64,000 bases of DNA from Iphione sp. A-MEVVRFRX5 (taxonomy: Eukaryota): contig OZ320317.1 in assembly GCA_976226885.1 (NCBI GenBank), forward strand, positions 83,886,001-83,950,000, written 5' to 3'. The translations under genes and the position numbers were made by a program. The notes under the pieces are model-generated. The model made no database searches. It was not told the origin of the DNA and was given only the letters and a program-made list of their open reading frames with translations. Below, piece by piece: positions 13,373-48,710 of this stretch. Position 1 is the first letter of the stretch, and each line of letters begins with the position of its first letter.

Positions 13373-14378
13373 TTTTAGCGGGAGATCATAAATTAGGCGT
13401 TGCACCCCGAGCTGGGTGGACGGCTCTGACAGCTCCATCCACCCCTTCGGTTCGAGTCATTTGTGTGCCGCCATGTCACTGTCACAGGCTGACTGCCTCA
13501 ATGATCTCATGCTGGCCCCGTGCCCGTCTGGCAGTGACTTCCCAGCTGACAGCTTCCAGCTCACCTTCTTGGTAATACAAAGAGAGAGAGCCTGTGGTTA
13601 AAAAAAAGGTGAAAGCCTTTCTTCAGCTGGCAGTCGTGTCTCTGGGTCACTCTCTAAGCAGCTACGGATTAATGGCTGCATCGACGAGGATGGCTCTCAG
13701 CCATGTAAAGCTGACGATAACGAAATAACCGAGTGAATGGCGCGGTGAAGAAGACATTATAGATGAGAACATTTTGCTCCGGTGGTGGTGACCTTAGTAT
13801 CAGACCATGTCCTTCCTATTCATTAGCTGCTTCCTTGCCATCACCAACCCCCCCCCTCCCCACAATTGGATGGTAATATATGTGGCATCAGGAGGGGGTC
13901 CTGTCAGACACCCTCGACGAAACGACCAACCCCCCACTGTGACGCCGAAACCATACCGTTCACGTCTGCTGTCTCACTTAAACCGTACCCCCCCCCCCCG
14001 GTATACCTTTAACCCCCCCCCCCCCGGCCGAACGCTCCTTGTTAAGATCCAGTGCTGGGCCCTAGTTCGGCTGGCGCTGACCGCATCAAGCTGTCACTAG
14101 ATCCAATAGTTAACATCCCCCCCGTCCCGAAGAGACAGCTCTCTCGTATAGTTAAAAAGGCAGCGGGGACCCTTTCCCCTTCACCACCGGCTCCTCTCAG
14201 CGGGCGAGTTTAACCCCGGAGGTCATCGTTCACCACTAACATTTCTAAACGGCCCCCTTACTACATGCTAAATGCATGTATTACTGTCAGAACAATGTGT
14301 GTGAGGACACGTAACTCTGTTGGAAACCGGCAGGCCGAAATGACGTAGCCGGAGGGGCTAGATATGAAACAGGTGCTT

Positions 14379-14380
<2 letters not shown>

Positions 14381-14411
<31 letters not shown>
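14381..14411. repeat. (GT)15 microsatellite
   Basis: Read directly. Confidence 0.98.
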
Positions 14412-14413
<2 letters not shown>

Positions 14414-14862
14414 ACAACAATAGTCCTCTGGTAGATGGACATGTGTCTAAGTTTAATTATAAATGTGTTGTGTCTGCTAAAAATGTAAGTCCTGTCAGTC
14501 ATCAGTCGGGGTAGTGAGAGTACATTTAAATTCTGCCTTCTGCAAGTGCACCCCATTCATCCTTACTTCACATTCTCCCCACAGTAATCCACTTGGAACA
14601 AAGATTTACCGTTACCTACATGTGTCACAAATCCCATTCACATTGACTATGAGGCTTACTGATCGATATAAGATACGGAGAAATTATAATTTGCCAGTTC
14701 TCGATTATGAGCATCGAACATGATTGATATTCGGATGAAGTGTGGAGGAAAATTATCCTTCCTCTCTGAATCAGTATGGAATTGCTGTTATCTGAAATGT
14801 CCCCCCAACCAACGTGGTGGTAGTGGCGGTATGAACGTTCTCAGAGGTGTTATCTCTCTTAC

Positions 14863-37217
<22,355 letters not shown>

Positions 37218-40200
37218 CTGCAAATATAACGACATCGATTAGGTTCAACATGTCCGTAACCATTAGAGCGCTAAACAGGATACATTGTTGAAATCACAAA
37301 TAGTATTCATATATATATGGAGAATGGATTCAGGTATGAGATCTTGAAAGCAAAAAGTGGTGTTACAATCACCCCTCAAAGAAATACAACATCGTCGTTA
37401 ATTACTATACTGGATGTACAATGTAATAGTTTTCTTCCAACAACCGAAGGGTAATCCATTTTAATTTCGGTCCGCATGGAGGGTATTATACTATGTTTTG
37501 AAATGTAGATTGTAACGTTCACCCATTTTTGTGTTGTGTCATGCAGTTCCCTTTACTCAGGTTTCATAAACTGTCATTGTTGACTGATGTCCATGAAAGC
37601 TGGTGGCCCACAGTCATTTTACTTAGAAACAGTGATCTGTTATCCATGGATTTACAATGAGTTTAGTCCAGAAGAAATATAGTAATGCTTAGCGTCATCA
37701 AATCAAGAATATCTTACTGGACTAACAAATTAAATTATCACTGTCTCTGCTACTTGATCGGAGTTTTAAAGTCTGGAAGGGGCAAATTTTATTATAATTC
37801 ACGATCGTAACATTTCTAATCATATTCTCACCTCGCATCTATCTTAGGGCCCCAGATATGCGATTTTATATGGATTTTTGTTTCTCTTATGAAGCAACGG
37901 GTGTCTGAGAGTGGTCTGATGAACAAATGCAACGAAGGAACGATGGGCAGCGGAGATAACGGTGTATCTATAGGAGTACTGTCTATAGACATTACTCTGT
38001 CAGCAAGGAAATCACTGTCTGACAAATCTAGAGATAAGACCAGCTAGGATTCCTAGACAAATAATATAGGACACAAAGGGTAATAAGGCAGACTGTGTGG
38101 AGAAATAGGAGTGACAAGAGGAGCCAGACGTAGCTGGACACACAGACAGACTGACGGGACGTATTAGGTATCGCGGTATACCACGTGAAGGCAAATATTT
38201 GTTATGTAACGTGAACATACGCGATGTTAATTCCGCCTATCCGCCTAGCGGGATTTGATGGAATTATAGGGGTGATCGTTACTATTGTCGTAACGTCAAT
38301 GAAGCTTATTACGTACAGAAGTTGCTCAGTATTACAAAATACAATCTGCTAGTATCCCGGAATATTTGTACCGTGGATGGCATCTCTCTGATCAACTATT
38401 ATGAGGATAAGAACAGAACACCAAGGAGAATCTGACACATCTTCTACCACATCCTTTATCACAAAGATAGAAACCCGGGTGCACGTGTTAGGCTTCCATG
38501 CACACGTGTTTTTACAGCCATGCTGCCATATTTTCGAAATGTTATTTCAAACAACTATGGATAACAGAAGGAGTGTCTCGATGCGAATGTGTATAATGTG
38601 CAGCCATTTTTCATGGGCATATTTCTGTAATGGAACACGTCCAATTCTGCTGTTTTCCTTTTCACGGGCTTGTTAACATGTTCGGAATCAGAACTCTAGC
38701 ATTTTACAGGAATGATACAAGGTTCCTTGCTACTTTCAGTGCTATTTCCCTGATTTCACAATTACACAGTATGAACATTTCACGTCTCTCTATGACACTA
38801 AAACATGCTACATGTTCACAAACATGCATGGAAATATAGCCTTAGTTTCCAGACATTTGTACACTATGTTTCTGCTCTGTTTCCAATACCGAACATTGTT
38901 TCTCAGAATGCGGATATCCCATATTAAAAGGAACACCGTTATATACATGTGCATTTATATGCTTGGCTGACAGGGAGATGGGGAGGCAAAGTGCGCTCAC
39001 GTGGACTTTGCAGCTAGAACTCGAAAACACAAAGCAGAGACGTGAGAGGATAACCCGCAGAGCAGCCCGAAGCCATTTCGGTGCCCACATTGGAAAGGCG
39101 GGAAGGCATTAAAAAGGAAATCGTGGCAAACGCAAACCGGCCATTGCAACAGAAATAAAAGCTTCTGTCGTTCTGATTGCAAGTTTATTACTATCATACG
39201 ATCGGAAACTGGCGATGCTTTCATTTCAACGCTTCAGCTTCGAAAAACAAAAAGGTTATGATGGGGATGACTTAAAAGAGAATGCCATGGAGCTCATTTA
39301 CATCTCTAGGGCCAGAAGAGCCCATGGGTCCAGATACACTTTGAAGTTATTTGTGACACGTTTCTAAAAAATTATTCTTCACGATTGAAAGCACACACTC
39401 TCAATATTAAAGGCAAGTATTTCAAATGAAGTCATCATATGCGCTGTATCTCTATGTCTGTCTGGTTCAATTTATTATTTTCCTGAACCGACAACTTCTC
39501 ATATTGCATTCATATACATTTACTACAGAGAAAATTAAACTGCAAGTTATTACTTGGAGACAATCATCTCTGTAACCATAGTAAACGATTCAGAGCAGTC
39601 TTGATTTGACAAAAGTGAAAGGTGCGTGCAGATATTAAAAATATAGAAATTAAAAACCTGAGAGCCTCTTATTAAGAAAAGAAATGGATTTTTTATTTTT
39701 CATTATTTCGCTTTACCTGTAGGCAGAGACCACTCAGACAACGTGGGGATATCTGATGACCAGCAACCCCAAGTAGGCAGTGATTATCAGTCGACAGGGA
39801 GTTGCTTGTAGCCGACTTATCCTAGGGCATGTTCAGCTATGAAGAGATAATGCTGCTCTGCTAGCCCCACATTCTGCTCAGCATTTAGCACATGTTCCAA
39901 ACGCCTGTACTGTGTGAGCAGCTAACATCTGTCCTGCAGCTTGGTGTTTAGTAAATGTCCTTAATGTCTGCATTGTGTTAGCAGCTCAGTGTTTATATAT
40001 AGCAAGTGTACTAATATTTGTATTGTGTGACCAGCTCCCTGTTCAGGAAGTGTCCCTAACATCTGTACTGTGTGACCAGCTCTGTGTTATGGTTGAAGTT
40101 GGAGTGGCCGTTCGTTTATTGGATTCTGCTATCACTATTCCACCATATCCACACTGAATGTTCCCTACTATGAAAAGACTCTTAGCTGGACTCAAGCGTG

Positions 40201-43200
40201 ACTAACTAGTGCTATTGCATTTTTCAGTGGAGCGTTTATTTCATGACTTCTGGCAAATATCCCTTTCTATAGTGCAATTATTCTAAAATGAGGGGCGCAA
40301 TTGCTTCTACGTACACTGCAGCTCTTCTTTCTAACTGAATTAGTTAAAAAATACTCTTCCATGAAGTACATGTAGTATTATACTGAGGAGAGGTTACATA
40401 ACAGGTTGTTACGGTTATGTTAAGAAATCACTGAAGATGGTTACATCTTTGTACGATATCATGCATGATTGGTACTCGGGGTTTTAGTAATTGTAAGGAA
40501 CCCTGTTGGTATGTATGAATCTACAGTAATACCTCACTATGGGAAACAGTACTTGGTACCAAGTGGTTATGACTGCAGTGGCAAGGGGTTCCACAAGCTA
40601 AGGGTTTTTTATATTTGGAGTTATCTTTCAAATCGCAAGTCATGGATGTCGAATAATAATGTGACTGGAATAGTGACGTGTTGGAATAGTGAAGATTCAT
40701 TGTAAATAAGAATTTCTCAACAACTTTGTTTGTTCTGATAGTGATGTGAGTGGAATAGTGACATGTCGCACTAGTGAAGTATATTTGTGTACATGTATAA
40801 TGATTTCTCAACATATTTAGTTGGTTATGATTGTGGCTATAAATATACAGATTTTTAGTATTCTTGTGTCAGGATGTTTCTCATTATGAGATTCTCCAAC
40901 TGCCTCAGAAATCCTTTCATTTACATAATGTATTTATTTCAAGGAACGATCGAACAATGTATGGGATTCATTTTAAAAAGTTGAGTGTTTTTAGTTATAG
41001 GTCTATAATATTGCTTTCTCCTTGATTTACTTCCTATAAAGACATCACCATGAGCAGTGAATAGAATCATTAGAGCTGTGTGTGTGAGTGTATGTGATAT
41101 TATATGTGTAATATTTAGTGTTCAGTACCTACACGTCCAATACCTGAAAGCTACCCCCTCCCACCTCCCCATCTCTCAAACAGCACATCTATCGTTGCTT
41201 TTAATAAGAGGAGTATGAGCTGTCAGGTACAGTCCCTTCAATGGGAACATCTTTAAAAGCGTCAAGCATAATGCCCGCATGTCGTACGTGTTCAGTGAGC
41301 GCTGTCGTGTTATCTAACAACTCTTTCGTCTCTCGTATCAGGGCACAAGGTCATCATTTCTTCCCTATTAGGATTTTAGCAAAAGACTTGAAAGCTCCTT
41401 GGAAATTCCACTGGTTCGAAAGTAAGAAATACGCAAATCGTAATATATGCAACATAAGCAGAATATTTGGGATCTCCGAGTTAGGGTGGGTAGACGTTTG
41501 GCTCTTTATATTCATTTCAGGGAACCGCTTGGCATTGATTAAGGAACTGTCTACCCACACCTACTTGTGTTCATAGTGTGTGTAGTAGTGTATGCGTGCA
41601 CCGTAACTCGTGATGTAGTGTTATGTTATAGTTTCATATTGCAAGAATTAAACAAAACGCTTTACAATAATACTGATACAAGTTGATTAATTACTGATAA
41701 GTCAATTATAAGTAGACACCAAGAAGAATATGTGTTAAGGTCATAAAAATGACATCTAACGTAACGGTTTATACCTACGTCATAATATTATCGTAAATTG
41801 TACTTAATTAAACAACTGTTCCAAACACGTGTACACATACAAATCTGTTGTCATAATTCAACATGGCTGAGGGGACACTGGTGATAACAGCTATCGAAAA
41901 ATGAGCAGCGAGACGACGTGGAGGAACATATTGAGGAATCCTTCTCCCCGTTAAAAGGGGATGCAGTTTTGATGTTGATACAGGCCTATATCCTACAGTA
42001 GATACGATGCAGTTAGATGTGAAGTTCGCGACACTGTGGGGCCTTGCAGAACCTCGGCTAGAACCTTCCTAGTTATAAGAGAATGAGTAGTACTCAACGT
42101 TAACATTTATGCCAGTAGTACACACACTTTTTTTTAAGGAGAGAAAAAATGCCAGCTACAGTGACCGAGTTCTTCTTACTCCGCATTGGCGTAGACCTGC
42201 GTATCTACTACAAAAGAATGGATGTTGGGTCTAATAATCTGGTGCTAACGTTGAAATTCTTACACTTCTTACCAGTCGTGGAGACGCGGACCCCCTCACT
42301 GGAGGCTGTAGTAAGTGCCCCCCTCCTGTGTTTGTATGCTTCGCCGTGTAAACATAACGGACGCTGATACCAACACGACGCGGGCGTTCCACGCTCAAGA
42401 CGCGCGCGTCCGACCTGCCGGCGTCTATAAATAGCTCAAGCAGATCCGAAAACAACGCACCATGTGGTCCTCAAGCCAGTCCGGAGCCGCCTCACGGGGC
42501 TTATTCCCGGCCCAGATGTGCTAAAAATAAACCTCAAGGAGCTGCTCCTGTAAGGGCGGGGGGGGGGGGCTAAGGTGGGCGAGCAGAATGCTGGCTTGGG
42601 GATAAGTTTGCCACGGGGTGTCAGGGGAAAACCCTAGACGTACCGTGGAGTGGTCTGACAATCTAGGTCTGATGGGGTCTAATCTATAGCGCCCGGTCCG
42701 TCTAAACGCACGGCACACACCTCAGTGTTGGGTCCGCTTACGTTGTAATGCATTCTTCGTACTGTCTATCTTTCTCAGGAGGCCAATGCCTCGACCTCAA
42801 CCCGGCTGTCTAAATTTTGAAGAGAGTGTTTTGCAATCCAACTTGGCCAGAGCGTGCGACAGACGAGTGAGAGTCAGAGCCCAGACTGCGGAACCAATAT
42901 GACCATAGGGATAACGCAATGACGACAGGAAGCCTCGAGATACTGTCAGAGACTATGAAAGAAGGACCTGCTGAGCGTTAAGATGTGATGTTGAAACGAT
43001 GTTGTTGACACGAGGCAATTCGAAAGAGGATAAAGACTACTTAACCACATACAATATCTGATCATGTCAAAAGACGAACAAAAAGAATGGACCCAGAGAC
43101 TCATAAACAGGTTTGAAAGACTTGACGTTAAAACATGTAATGCTGCCAAAGTACGATCGGCTCCAAATCTGATTTTAGCTACACTAACCAAACGAAGCTG

Positions 43201-45253
43201 TAATTTTAAAGTAGCAAACACAATTTCCACGGGCTTAACCTCAAAAGGGTGCTAAGTGCGAAAAGACTTAAGTAAGTACATACATACATGAGAATTCCTG
43301 AAATTATCTATGTATGAATACGGCAAAAGGCATTGAGAGTCAATTTGATACCAAAAAATACAACACATCGAGGTCCCACGAGCGTGACTCATTGACTGCA
43401 TTTATCCTTCCCATGCCTCATGAATCATCTTAAAGCATTGACAAAGATTACAGCTATGGTCATCCTTCTGTAAGATTAACTTAAGCAACAAAGCGATGAG
43501 ACCTAGGTGATAGATAACCCATACAGTCAATACTCTACGTAAAAACGTTTTTATATAAAGCAATATTTTCCGTATAATAGCACTAGGCGAAAGGTCACAG
43601 GAAATTCCTTCAGGCTCTTTGCAAAGGATAAAATCAAAGTGTACCAAAATATCTATATCCTCGTATTTATTTGGTTACTCACCGATAAAAGAAATAACAT
43701 AAACAAATATGAATAGTGGGACTTTGGAATGGACTTCGTGTGTTCATAAGAGCTTCATCTCTTTCGAATGTATGACAATTCCGCGGACTTTCCATATGAC
43801 AACATTAGTCTTTGTTCCTAGATTTCCATAAAGTTTGACGCTGCGTATAAACTACGAATTCAAATCAGGCCTAGACCAGCCCAGATGACCTGCGGTAACG
43901 TGTCCTGACTAGGGTGACTGAAACTGGATACCCTCTCCCTTGACCAAGGTCAGAGAGGACGAAAAGGAGAGGGAGGGGGTGGTTTCTTTGGTTACAAGAC
44001 ACTGTTAAGTATCATTTGAGGACACCCAGGCAGTTCAGTGCAAAACGTTCCCTGCTCGTGCTCGCAATTCGTGGGTGTCGATCTAGTATAAAGATGAATT
44101 AAATCTAACAACAGCAACAGTCTGTTAAATTGAGTGATTGCAGTATCAGGTATTACGTAATCGTATTCGAAGTACAAGCTATTAGTTCTCACGTAATCTC
44201 ACCGCATAGTAAGTCATGGATTTAAATCCCTAATTCTGTGCTTTAACCATTCAGGTTGTTTCATAAAATTGTCAGGCATCACTTATATAAAGCGATTGTA
44301 CAGGTATGTAGTGCCATAGCTGTCTGCTTCACTACAGGAAAGCGGAACAGGAAAATCGTGAATTTGCCTGTAGGGTATTACCTACAAAATGCATTAAAGG
44401 ATTAAATTTGATTCTAATCGTTCGCTCCATTACATTATAGGGGTTGAAATTATTAAATGTCACAGATTGCCATTTCCCAAGGATGTAAAGCCACTCACAC
44501 ACAGTGGAAAGCCTCTGATCAGGACATCCTCGGTTCTTACCCAAACTGTTCCTGCATGATACGTGTCTCTATTAGAGACCTGTTTCATTTAATATATACC
44601 AAATAGATTCTGTGCTTAAAAAAAGTCCCTATAAGGTGGTCTTTTCATGTGTACATATTTTACACACACGGATGTGGGGCTGGGTCTCCATGGCAGCATG
44701 GTGCACAATGCTTTTTCATGCATACGCAGCTAATATAATAAGCAAAGAAACCCCTAGAGGGATAGAGGGTAAAATAAAAAGTATGAAATAAGCATTCCGC
44801 ACCTGCATCCAGGAGCAGGAGGAGTGGTTGGTCACTGACCGGTCCACACGGTTGTGGGTGCATGTGCATAATTGCCATGTACACAGGTAGGGTGCTGGTA
44901 AAGTCCTTACTATCGTTCGCCACACAGACCCTGCCCGGGATCTGTGTGCATAAAACACGTACACATGAAAAAAAACTGCCTTAGAGGCATGTCCTTATTG
45001 GAAATTTGTTCCAAAGGTGGCTGTACATATCAGTGTTCTTTGTCCTACAAGTTTCCCCTAGTATCGGAAGAATTCCATTAGTTCTTCTCTTTGTGAGAGA
45101 CAGGCTTGAGTTTATAGTTTATGGACGACTGAACAACTGGTGTCTATAAACGTCCACAACTGCTACATGCTTGAGGGTGGAAGGATGAGAATTATAAAAG
45201 TTTAGTGGTGGCGCACGCAAAAGTACGGCTACAAGTTCCTCTTGATTCATGGG

Positions 45254-45279
45254 ATATATATATATATATATATATATAT
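45254..45279. repeat. (AT)13 microsatellite
   Basis: Read directly. Confidence 0.97.
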
Positions 45280-47671
45280 TGGTACGGTTATGGCTTTCCA
45301 TTGAAGTAATATACTAGAACACGAACTTAAGCCAAGAGAAAGCAAATAGAAAGAAATCCAACTGAATGAAGACAACATCAGGCCAACGCATGAAGCCAAT
45401 CATTATGACCATTATCATTTCATAACGACATCTAAAGTAAACAGCAAAAAGCAGTAGTAATACTAGGATATGGTACCACAAGCAAAGTAATTATATAGTC
45501 ACAGCATATTTTGAATTATGTAGGAGTACTGAGGATCAATAACAAAAATAAGCACGACCGCAAACCAGTGTTGATGCCTAAAGGGAATATAAGGTACACA
45601 TATACAGATCTTACCATAAAACATAGGATACAGGTAGAACAAAAATGTGATTGCTTATTCATAAAAAACAAATGATAAAAACACTCCACCAAAAAGAACG
45701 TTCATAAGCATTGATTTCAGCCTGGCAGGCACTCAGCTCCACAGCATGTGGCCTCCATAAAAACGTTCCGGAAATGGCTTTCTTTCAGAACTAATCGGTT
45801 TAAGTGTCTTTTTTTGATAATTTGTAGTTTTAGTGCACCTTTACCATATCCCTCAACGGCAGTGATAGATAAAAGTGGCTTTTATTGTCCTTAGAGGAAC
45901 TATTTGTAAAAGGAAAATAAGTCTGAAATATAACAGGTCCTCTCCTTCAAGATTGCGTCTACGGTTTTCCCTGAGGGCATCTTTTGATCTGATTCAAGCC
46001 TTTTGAAATTGGCTTCCCATCAAAAGGTTATGCCATTATTCGAGTCCATCGGTATTGCTGGTACTATGGCTATCAACAATGCTTCGTACTATCAAATGAA
46101 GGGTGCAATGAGGGAGAAGGACATGTTATAGCTGGTCTCCCTTACACAGCAGCATCTCGTCTTCTCATTACAATGAGTATTTGCCGTCTTTGCTGGAGGC
46201 CCACCCATATACCGTAGAACCTTGGTATTGGGCCACCTCACAGTACAAGGGTCGCCTCTTTAATTGAGACGGATTTTGTTAGAACCAATGCTGTTATCTA
46301 TAGTATATTTACATCTCGGAATTGTGGACACACACTAAAGGGAGACATTCTATGTGGGAACTAAGAGTGTTCCCAGTTTTGAGGTCCTACTATACATAGA
46401 AGGTGTCATTGAAGAGCCCACTAATAACTGCCTCACAGGAATAAATAAAAATGTTTATCCCACACTCGATTACACTTAGATAAAACAACCTTCGAATCAT
46501 TGCTATGAGTCTTACGTCAACAAAACGAGTGGTAGACTTCATGCCAAACATGTGTATACTTTTCACGGGGCCAAGTGGAAACCCCCTACTTGCTACTATC
46601 ATCTTTTGTCTATTATGGGCGCTTCATGGAACTCGCAAACACAGGGTGGGCTGCTGTACTTCCTCGCAAGCAACTGCCGACAAGTCAAAACGTCCAACCA
46701 TCGCAGTGTTGACAGAGAACGATATGGTCGACGTCGCTGGGTTATCAGTAGCCTGCAGACCAGACATCAGGTGCCAGGGTCGTGGAGGCGATCGACAGCG
46801 CCCAGCTAGTGGCCCATCCTCCACACGCCTGCCCACCCACGCGCCCCCTGGTGTGCTCTAGCAACCCTGCCCCTCTCCCCCCCCCCTTTTCTACTTTCCC
46901 TCCTATTTTTCGTGTGTTGCGAAAAAGTCCCATCCAGTAAGCTACTAATCAGATCCCGAGCGGCTATTTTTGTTTGAGAAAAATCCATATTCTCATGAAA
47001 ATCTAGTCTGACCTAGCCCTTCATTTTACCCTCTCGAATTAGTTGTGGTCACATTTCGAAGTTTAATAGCACAGGAATCGTATTTTCAAACTAATAGGAG
47101 AGCGTCTGAAGAGAGAGCGCGAGCAAGTACTTCATTAAGGCAAATGGTTGCTGTGCGAAATGGCTACTTTGACGGTCCTTGCTTCTTTTCACGGGTTAAT
47201 ACAATTCGACAGGAGAAAGCCGAACCTGTTTACATAATGTACACTCTCCGAATTTTTTACTGAATGGCGTTGGTCTAACGCCTTACTACTCTTGCCAGTT
47301 TAGCCAAGACATTCAACGTAACTTATTGGCAATGCGCTTTCTTAACTAGAGGCCCGAGTGTATACAAACATTAGGCCATAGCCTGAATGCCCACTGAGTG
47401 CTTATGCTGTCTGTTTGTTTTACTATCTTTACACACGTTGTCATTCCACTTAGCTGAGGTCTAGCTCACACTTAATCTACCTCACATACTGAATACAACT
47501 TAAGATGTCCTCGCGGAAAGGCATAGGAACAGGCACCTTGTGCTTCATCGTAAGTGAAAAACACTACGTTTAATTAATAGAATGAAACCGAAGCCAGTAA
47601 TGTTGCTTATCACATGGGGTCCTAGGCTAAACCGAAAGACCATTTTACTATGAGAGATCTTTACTACTCAT

Positions 47672-48710
47672 TCATTCTATATTACCCTCTGCTGCTATAC
47701 TTCCATCCCCTGTTATACTGCCCTCCCATTCTATACCACCCTCTCCAGCTATACAATCCTCCCATGCTATGCTACTCTATTTAATATTACCTACCATACT
47801 ATATCACCCTCCCATTTTATACCATCCTCTTCTGCTACACGATCCTCCCATGCTATGCTACCCTATCATTTAATACTACCTACCATACTATATCACCCTC
47901 CCATTCTATACCACCCTCTCCTGCTATAAGATCCTTCCATGCTATGCTGCCCTAACATTCAATACTACCTTCCCATATCACCCTCCCATTCTATACCACC
48001 CTCTCCTGCTGTACAACCCTCCCATGCTATGCTACCCTACCATTCAATACTACCTTCCCATACTATATCACCCTTCCATTCTATACCACCCTCTCCTGCT
48101 ATATGATCCTCCTATGCTATACTACCCTACCATTCAATACTACCTTCCCATACTATATCACCCTTCCATTCTATACCACCCTCTCCTGCTATATGATCCT
48201 CCTATGCTATACTACCCTACCATTCAATACTACCTTCCCATACTATATCACCCTTCCATTCTATACCACCCTCTCCTGCTATATGATCCTCCTATGCTAT
48301 GCTGCCCTACCATTCCATGCTACCTTCCCAGACAATATCAACCTACCATGCTATACTACCCTGCCCTGCTATACCACCCTCCTATGCTATAGTACCAGGG
48401 CTGCTATACCATCCTCTCCTGCTTCACGACCCTCCCATGTTATACTGCCCTCTCATATTATACTACCCTCTCATGCTATACTACCCACCAAAGACATACT
48501 ATCCTCCCATGCTATACTACCCTCCCATGTCATACTACGTACTCATGCTATACAACACTCTCAAGTTACACTACCCTCCTATGCTATACTATCCTCTTCT
48601 GCTATACTATCCACCCAGACACTACTGTCCTCCCATGCTATATTACCCTCATATTCTATACTACATTCCAATTCTATAACTACCCTCCCATGTTGTATTA
48701 CCCTCCCATT
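47672..48710. repeat. 15-bp minisatellite (~1.04 kb) with a 90-bp (6-monomer) higher-order repeat
   Basis: Monomer approximately CCATGCTATACTACC(C); 90-bp units at 48024, 48114 and 48204 differ by only one base. Confidence 0.95.

Noticed and set aside
13400-13460. B-box-like GGTTCGAGTC with a small hairpin, considered as a tRNA or SINE
   Set aside because: No cloverleaf, incomplete B box and no clear A box.
39000-39224. 75-codon ATG ORF ending at a phase-2 donor-like AC|gtgagc
   Set aside because: The exonic side of the donor is weak and the peptide is unrelated to KCNQ1; it illustrates the chance rate of such candidates.
46505-46861. ORF containing ILFTGPSG, resembling a Walker A motif
   Set aside because: It lacks the GK(S/T) completion and any downstream Walker B motif.
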